32,000 nt of DNA from Candidatus Jordarchaeales archaeon. Its GTDB lineage: Archaea; Asgardarchaeota; Jordiarchaeia; Jordiarchaeales; Freyrarchaeaceae. The stretch spans positions 524,499 through 556,498 of the forward strand of contig JAWAHN010000001.1 of assembly GCA_038889235.1 (NCBI GenBank), in the 5' to 3' direction. A program made the translations under genes and the position numbers. The notes beneath the pieces were generated by a model. The model did no database searches. It was not told the origin of the DNA and saw nothing but the letters and a program-made list of their open reading frames with translations. Shown here in pieces: positions 28,031 through 32,000 of the stretch. The stretch's first letter is position 1, and each line of letters begins with the position of its first letter.

Positions 28031-28453
28031 ATGATTGAAGTAGAGATGCCTGAAAATCTTTACTACCACCCAGATCACTGCTGGGCTAAAGTGGAGGATG
28101 GAAAGGTTAGAGTGGGCTTCGACGACTTTGGACAGGCTACAGCTGGGCAAATACTTTTCATCAGACTTAAACCTGTCGGAAAAGAGATTAAGCAAAACGA
28201 GACGTTCGGAACAATAGAGACTGGGAAGTGGGTTGGACCCTTAAGGGCGCCTGTCTCTGGAACAATAATTGAAGTGAACCCAGAGATTAAAACGAATCCG
28301 TCACTAGTAAACAAGGACCCGTACGGAAGGGGTTGGCTAATACTCGTCAACCCATCAAACTTAGAAGAGGAGCTTAAAAGGCTTATCACAGGCGATGCCA
28401 TAAAAGAGTGGATAGAAAGGGACATTAAGGAAAAGTTGAAGAAAGCTAAGTAG
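28031..28453 (+). CDS. gcvH: Second GcvH-like lipoyl-carrier protein
   Basis: YYHPDHCWA, GFDDFGQ, GTIETGKWVG (lipoyl Lys), APVSG, NKDPYGRGWL. ATG at 28031. Confidence 0.88.
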   Translation: MIEVEMPENLYYHPDHCWAKVEDGKVRVGFDDFGQATAGQILFIRLKPVGKEIKQNETFGTIETGKWVGPLRAPVSGTIIEVNPEIKTNPSLVNKDPYGRGWLILVNPSNLEEELKRLITGDAIKEWIERDIKEKLKKAK

Positions 28454-28672
28454 CATCTCCTAGTTCTATTTTTTCCTCTGCTGCAATTTCTCCCTCGATT
28501 GGGTGTTCAAAGAGAATTGGCACCTTCCTAAGTTTCATAGAGAGCGGAGGAAAGAGGCGCATAGTTTTGGCGTTGGAGAGCTTCATTTAAGCGACATGAA
28601 TTATTAATTTTACTTATAATTTTTCAAAAAGTTTTTTAGTTGCGAAGTGGGAATGTTGCTGAGAGCAAGGGG

Positions 28673-29729
28673 GTGAAGGAGTTAGAATACAGGATGACTA
28701 AGGTTGTAAAGCTTCACGGTTGAGCTTGTAAGCTCCCGCAGGCAGATTTGAAGAAGCTTCTAGAGAAGGCGGGGGTCACAACTCCGAGCAACATTCTAAG
28801 TGGGCCCGACGAGGATGCAGCCGTTATACGTGTCCGGGATGACATGGTGCTCGTGAAAACGATAGACTTCGTTACGCCGAGCGTCGACGAGGGATATGTT
28901 CAGGGGAAGATTGCAGCCGCTAACGCGACAAGCGACGTGTACAACACAGCCACGAGGCGGGCTGTGTGCATAAGCGAAGGGTGCAACCGAGATAGTTGGC
29001 TTCTTGGCGGTCTTAGGCGTGCCCACAGACATGCCTGTGGAAATAGCAGTAGATATTCTTCGGGGGATCAAAGACTACTTAAGTGAGGTCGGAGGGGCAT
29101 TGGTTGGCGGGCACACGATATTTAACCCGTGGCCGCTGTCTGGGGGCGAAGTTACTGCTATAGCCCATCCAAGTCAGATAGTCTACCAGAGAGGTGCTAG
29201 GGCCGGGGATGTGTTGGTTCTCACAAAGCCACTGGGGACCCAGCCGGCAATGGCTGTCTATAGAAGTGTGAAGGAGCCGGAGACGCGCGAACTAGTGCTA
29301 AGCGTGCTTTCAGAGAAAGAGGCGGAGGAATTAGTTAGGAAGGCGATAGGATTCATGACGCAGTCAAACAAACCTGTTGCTGAAGCTATGAGGGAGGTTA
29401 AGCCTAATGCTGCAACCGACGTAACAGGGTTTGGGCTTGTGGGACATGCTGGAAACATGGCTAGGGAGAGCGGGGTTGACGTGGAGATACAATTTTTACC
29501 AGTTATGAGGGGTGCTGTTCAAGTCTCAGAGCTCTTTGGCTACGGGTTAGAAAGAGGGGAAGCTGCGGAGACCTCTGGTGGAATCTTGGCGTCGCTGCCT
29601 AAGGAGAAAGTTGACGAGTTCCTGGGCGAGTTGAAAAAACGCGGAGTTACAGCTTACATCGTTGGTGAGATTAAGCGCGGCGAGGGGAAAGTTACTGTGA
29701 AGCGTGACGTCGAAATGATCGAGGTGTAG
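28673..29729 (+). CDS. selD: Selenophosphate synthetase, a selenoprotein (UGA=Sec at 28721-28723), two exons: 28673-28942 and 28974-29729, 341 aa after splicing
   Basis: VKLHG-U-ACKLP matches archaeal SelD. Also EDAAV, TIDFVTP, GKIAAANATSDVY|AKG, GGHT, LTKPLGT, ATDVTGFGLVGH, ETSGG. Start position (GTG 28673) inferred. Confidence 0.92.
28943..28973 (+). other. 31-nt bulge-helix-bulge intron in selD
   Basis: mRNA reads GUGU-AC^A-ACACAGCC-loop-GGCUGUGU-GCAU-AA^G. Removal restores the frame and SDVYAKG. Confidence 0.78.
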
Positions 29730-29734
29730 ACTTA

Positions 29735-29783
29735 GGTGATGATGGAGGAAGGTAAAGCATGGTTACCCCTTCCTTCCAGAACC
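29735..29783 (+). promoter_or_regulatory. Eukaryote-like SECIS element in the selD 3' UTR
   Basis: AUGA (29739-42), an 11-nt stem strand, AAA (29754-56), a complementary return strand and GA (29779-80), starting 10 nt after the selD stop. Confidence 0.72.
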
Positions 29784-29801
29784 CCCACAGCAGTGGGGCT
29801 T

Positions 29802-29837
29802 AACAGGTGATTGAAAGGCGGGTTTGAGTTACCTGTT
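29802..29837 (+). terminator. Long hairpin downstream of selD (AACAGGTGATT...AGTTACCTGTT), possible terminator or stability element
   Basis: 11-bp stem including G-U pairs, one mismatch and 3 further pairs, folded by eye. Function not established. Confidence 0.3.
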
Positions 29838-29917
29838 GAAGTTGATACTGGGTGGAGAAAGCTTTATTTGAGCTTTTTCGCTTTTGAATGTAAAGCACGT
29901 TTTAATGGTGGAATTCT

Positions 29918-30541
29918 TTGCAGCTAGAGACCGTAATCATAAACATTATTTGTTGTTTGCCGGATTTGGCTAGAGCCTTTACTTCTATCTTCATCATAAT
30001 GGACCCTATCGGCAATATTCCCATATTTCTGAGTCTCACTGAGGGGATGAGCCCGAAGGAGAGGAGGAACACGTTTCACCTAGCGCTTGTCACAGGGTTC
30101 ACTCTTCTGCTGTGCTTTGCTGTTCTAGGAAACTACATTCTCTTCCTTTTCGGGATAACTATAGAGAGCTTCATGATAGCAGGCGGAATACTTCTGCTAG
30201 TTATCGCTATGAGGCTGCTGATCTTAGGATGGAGGAGAGAGGAGCACTTGTCGTCTGAAGGTATAGGGGTGGTGCCAATCGGCGTACCCTTACTGGTCGG
30301 CCCAGGAGCCATAACTACTACCATAATGTACCTTCAGACTTCGGGTGTCTTCGTCACCCTAATAGCCGTGATTTTGTCCTTTGCGGTCACTTGGATCATA
30401 CTTAAATTCATAGACCCGATTAGCCGCTTCCTCGGGAGAACTGGGAGCCTTGTAATAGGAAGAGTGATGGCACTACTTATAGCAGCAATAGCCATGGAGT
30501 TCGTGATAAAAGGGGTTATGGGCATATTCAAAGCGTTATGA
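29918..30541 (+). CDS. marC: MarC-family integral membrane protein
   Basis: MDPIGNIPIF, IAGGILL, VVPIGVPLLVGPGAITT, GRVMALLIAAIA. Confidence 0.92.
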   Translation: MQLETVIINIICCLPDLARAFTSIFIIMDPIGNIPIFLSLTEGMSPKERRNTFHLALVTGFTLLLCFAVLGNYILFLFGITIESFMIAGGILLLVIAMRLLILGWRREEHLSSEGIGVVPIGVPLLVGPGAITTTIMYLQTSGVFVTLIAVILSFAVTWIILKFIDPISRFLGRTGSLVIGRVMALLIAAIAMEFVIKGVMGIFKAL

Positions 30542-30745
30542 GAGCGAGCGGCTAAGCAGGTTTAAGAGACACGGATGGATTTACGTCTGACGCCAAGAGC
30601 CCAATACTTCAAGAGCTTGAAGAACTACTGCGAGACTGAAAAGAGGCTTGCGTGGATGGGTGGCAAGGAGGGAAGAAGAGCTTCTGATGAACTTCTTATA
30701 GGGAGAGCAGGGGGTAAGTAACGCAAAAATAGGGAAATTGGAATT

Positions 30746-32000
30746 TTATCCTTCGACGGCCTTTCTGGCAGTTTTACCGCGGCCGAGACGTTCGTGTGCC
30801 TTGGCAAGGTGTCCTGCGGCTAAGGCGCCAATAAGTGAGACCTCGCCAGCTAGAGCTGCACTGCAGGCTATTTCTGCGAACTTTATGGCGAGCTGACCGG
30901 GCTGCTTCAACTTCTTCAGGGTATCCATTCCGCAACCCATGATGGAAAGTGTTTCCTGGTATTGTGGGAGCCACATGCCCCCGCCTACCGCACCGCACAC
31001 CATTGATGGAAGCGTCAGTGAAACGTATAGGTCTCCGTTTTCCAAGAGCTCTGCGGTTACTATCCCCATGCTGCTTTCACCAATGTGTGCGGCGTCCTGT
31101 CCTGTGGCAAGCCACATTGCCGCAATAATGTTGGCGGTATGAGCGGTAAATCCTCCAAGTGTTGCGGCTTGCTCCGATCCTATGTAAAGTTTCCTGTATA
31201 CTACTTCAATGAAGTCTTCTGGCGTCGTCTTTAGTACTTCCTTAACATGCTCTCTCTTCAACACAGCCTCCGCTTGGACGGTCTTCCCCCGTCCGAGGAT
31301 GAAGTTGATGGCGGCTGGCTTCTTGTCTACGCACATGTTGCCCGAAAGGGCCACTGTCTTAGCCCACGGGAGCTGTTGCTCTATATAGTTGCATACTTTG
31401 TCGCAGGCGCTGGTGAGGGTGTTCATACCCATAGCGTCAAAGGTGTTTGCTACAAAGCGCAGGAACACGTTGCGCCCTACAATCCACGGTTGGATGTCAA
31501 CTAGCTTTATGAATGGGTCGTCTGTTTCAATGACCTTTTTTATCTCCTGGTAGTTTTGCTTCACCCATTCAACTAGTTTGACCGCATGCTCTAAATCTGG
31601 GACTTTTATGCAAGGGGCTCTTGTGATACCCGTTTTCAAAACTCTTGCCCTTGCCCCTCCGCTAACTGTTATTACACGGCAACCCCTATTCACGCTAGCC
31701 ACCAGAGCCCCTTCCGTCGTTGCAAGAGGAATGTAGTATTCTCCGTCTGCAACTTCGCCTTTAACCTTCAGTGGTCCCGCTATCCCCAACGGTACTTGTA
31801 TCACGCCTATCGGGTTTTCTATGTTCCTCGCAGCGGTTTCGTCGAGGTCTATGGAGTAACTTCCGACATGCTTCAAAGGTTTCCCTATAATCTTCTCCAA
31901 AGCCTTCCTTCTCACCCTGGCGGCGTCATCCACACTTCCCGTGTATTTTTCTACTTCGTGAAGTTTTATCTCGCCTCTGATCAGTTTTTCAACAAGTTCT
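30746..32000 (-). CDS. hmgA: Class I HMG-CoA reductase (NADPH), 5' end beyond the window
   Basis: ENPIG, ATTEGALVAS, DAMGMN, DKKP, GQDAAH, C-terminal AH. The frame stays open to 32000. Confidence 0.93.
   Translation of the reverse strand, partial: ELVEKLIRGEIKLHEVEKYTGSVDDAARVRRKALEKIIGKPLKHVGSYSIDLDETAARNIENPIGVIQVPLGIAGPLKVKGEVADGEYYIPLATTEGALVASVNRGCRVITVSGGARARVLKTGITRAPCIKVPDLEHAVKLVEWVKQNYQEIKKVIETDDPFIKLVDIQPWIVGRNVFLRFVANTFDAMGMNTLTSACDKVCNYIEQQLPWAKTVALSGNMCVDKKPAAINFILGRGKTVQAEAVLKREHVKEVLKTTPEDFIEVVYRKLYIGSEQAATLGGFTAHTANIIAAMWLATGQDAAHIGESSMGIVTAELLENGDLYVSLTLPSMVCGAVGGGMWLPQYQETLSIMGCGMDTLKKLKQPGQLAIKFAEIACSAALAGEVSLIGALAAGHLAKAHERLGRGKTARKAVEG

Noticed and set aside
28748-29086. 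Two separate ORFs (28748-29086 and 29004-29729), or a frameshifted selD pseudogene
   Set aside because: Both are parts of one SelD. The upstream TGA is the Sec codon, a SECIS is present, and a 31-nt structured insertion accounts for the frame change.
29780-29799. GAA-CCCCCAC-AGCA-GTGGGG considered as a Methanococcus-type SECIS
   Set aside because: It lacks the opposing A and the lower stem. The adjacent AUGA/GA element fits much better.
862-31504. The many 60-170 aa ORF-track entries antisense to or overlapping recognised genes (e.g. 6354-6860, 13944-14414, 19348-19839, 26696-27130)
   Set aside because: Shadow ORFs of well-supported genes, with no motifs or RBS of their own.
1-32000. CRISPR arrays, rRNA, tRNA, integrase or transposase genes
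   Set aside because: None recognised on either strand by manual reading.

Overview
Archaeal genomic window, probably from an Asgard or related uncultured lineage. That placement is inferred from a UGA-Sec selD with a eukaryote-like AUGA/GA SECIS, a class I HMG-CoA reductase, HerA/NurA and strong GGAGGTG-type RBSs. It is a gene-dense sulfur/selenium/Fe-S/redox region: herA-nurA plus a hypothetical gene; five tandem winged-helix paralogues; trxB; fdhD; a degenerate IscS-IscU-SufS operon; a site-2 protease; larA; ECF components; a ferredoxin; ArsR with DsrH/E/F-like genes; two GcvH-like proteins; DGC and thioredoxin-like proteins; a group 4 [NiFe]-hydrogenase/complex I-like module (NuoA, B, C, D, H, I homologues); selD; marC; and hmgA (partial). 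The main observation is that two protein-coding genes look frameshifted but each carries a short insertion folding into an archaeal bulge-helix-bulge (BHB) splice motif. One is 59 nt in the hydrogenase large subunit (25333-25391) and one is 31 nt in selD (28943-28973). Cutting at the standard BHB positions restores the frame and the conserved residues in both (CGICSNA-H-TTC, with the His codon built from CA+T; SDVY-A-KG). This suggests tRNA-endonuclease-type splicing of mRNAs beyond the known cbf5 case. All calls are from manual reading and motif recall; no searches or folding programs were run.
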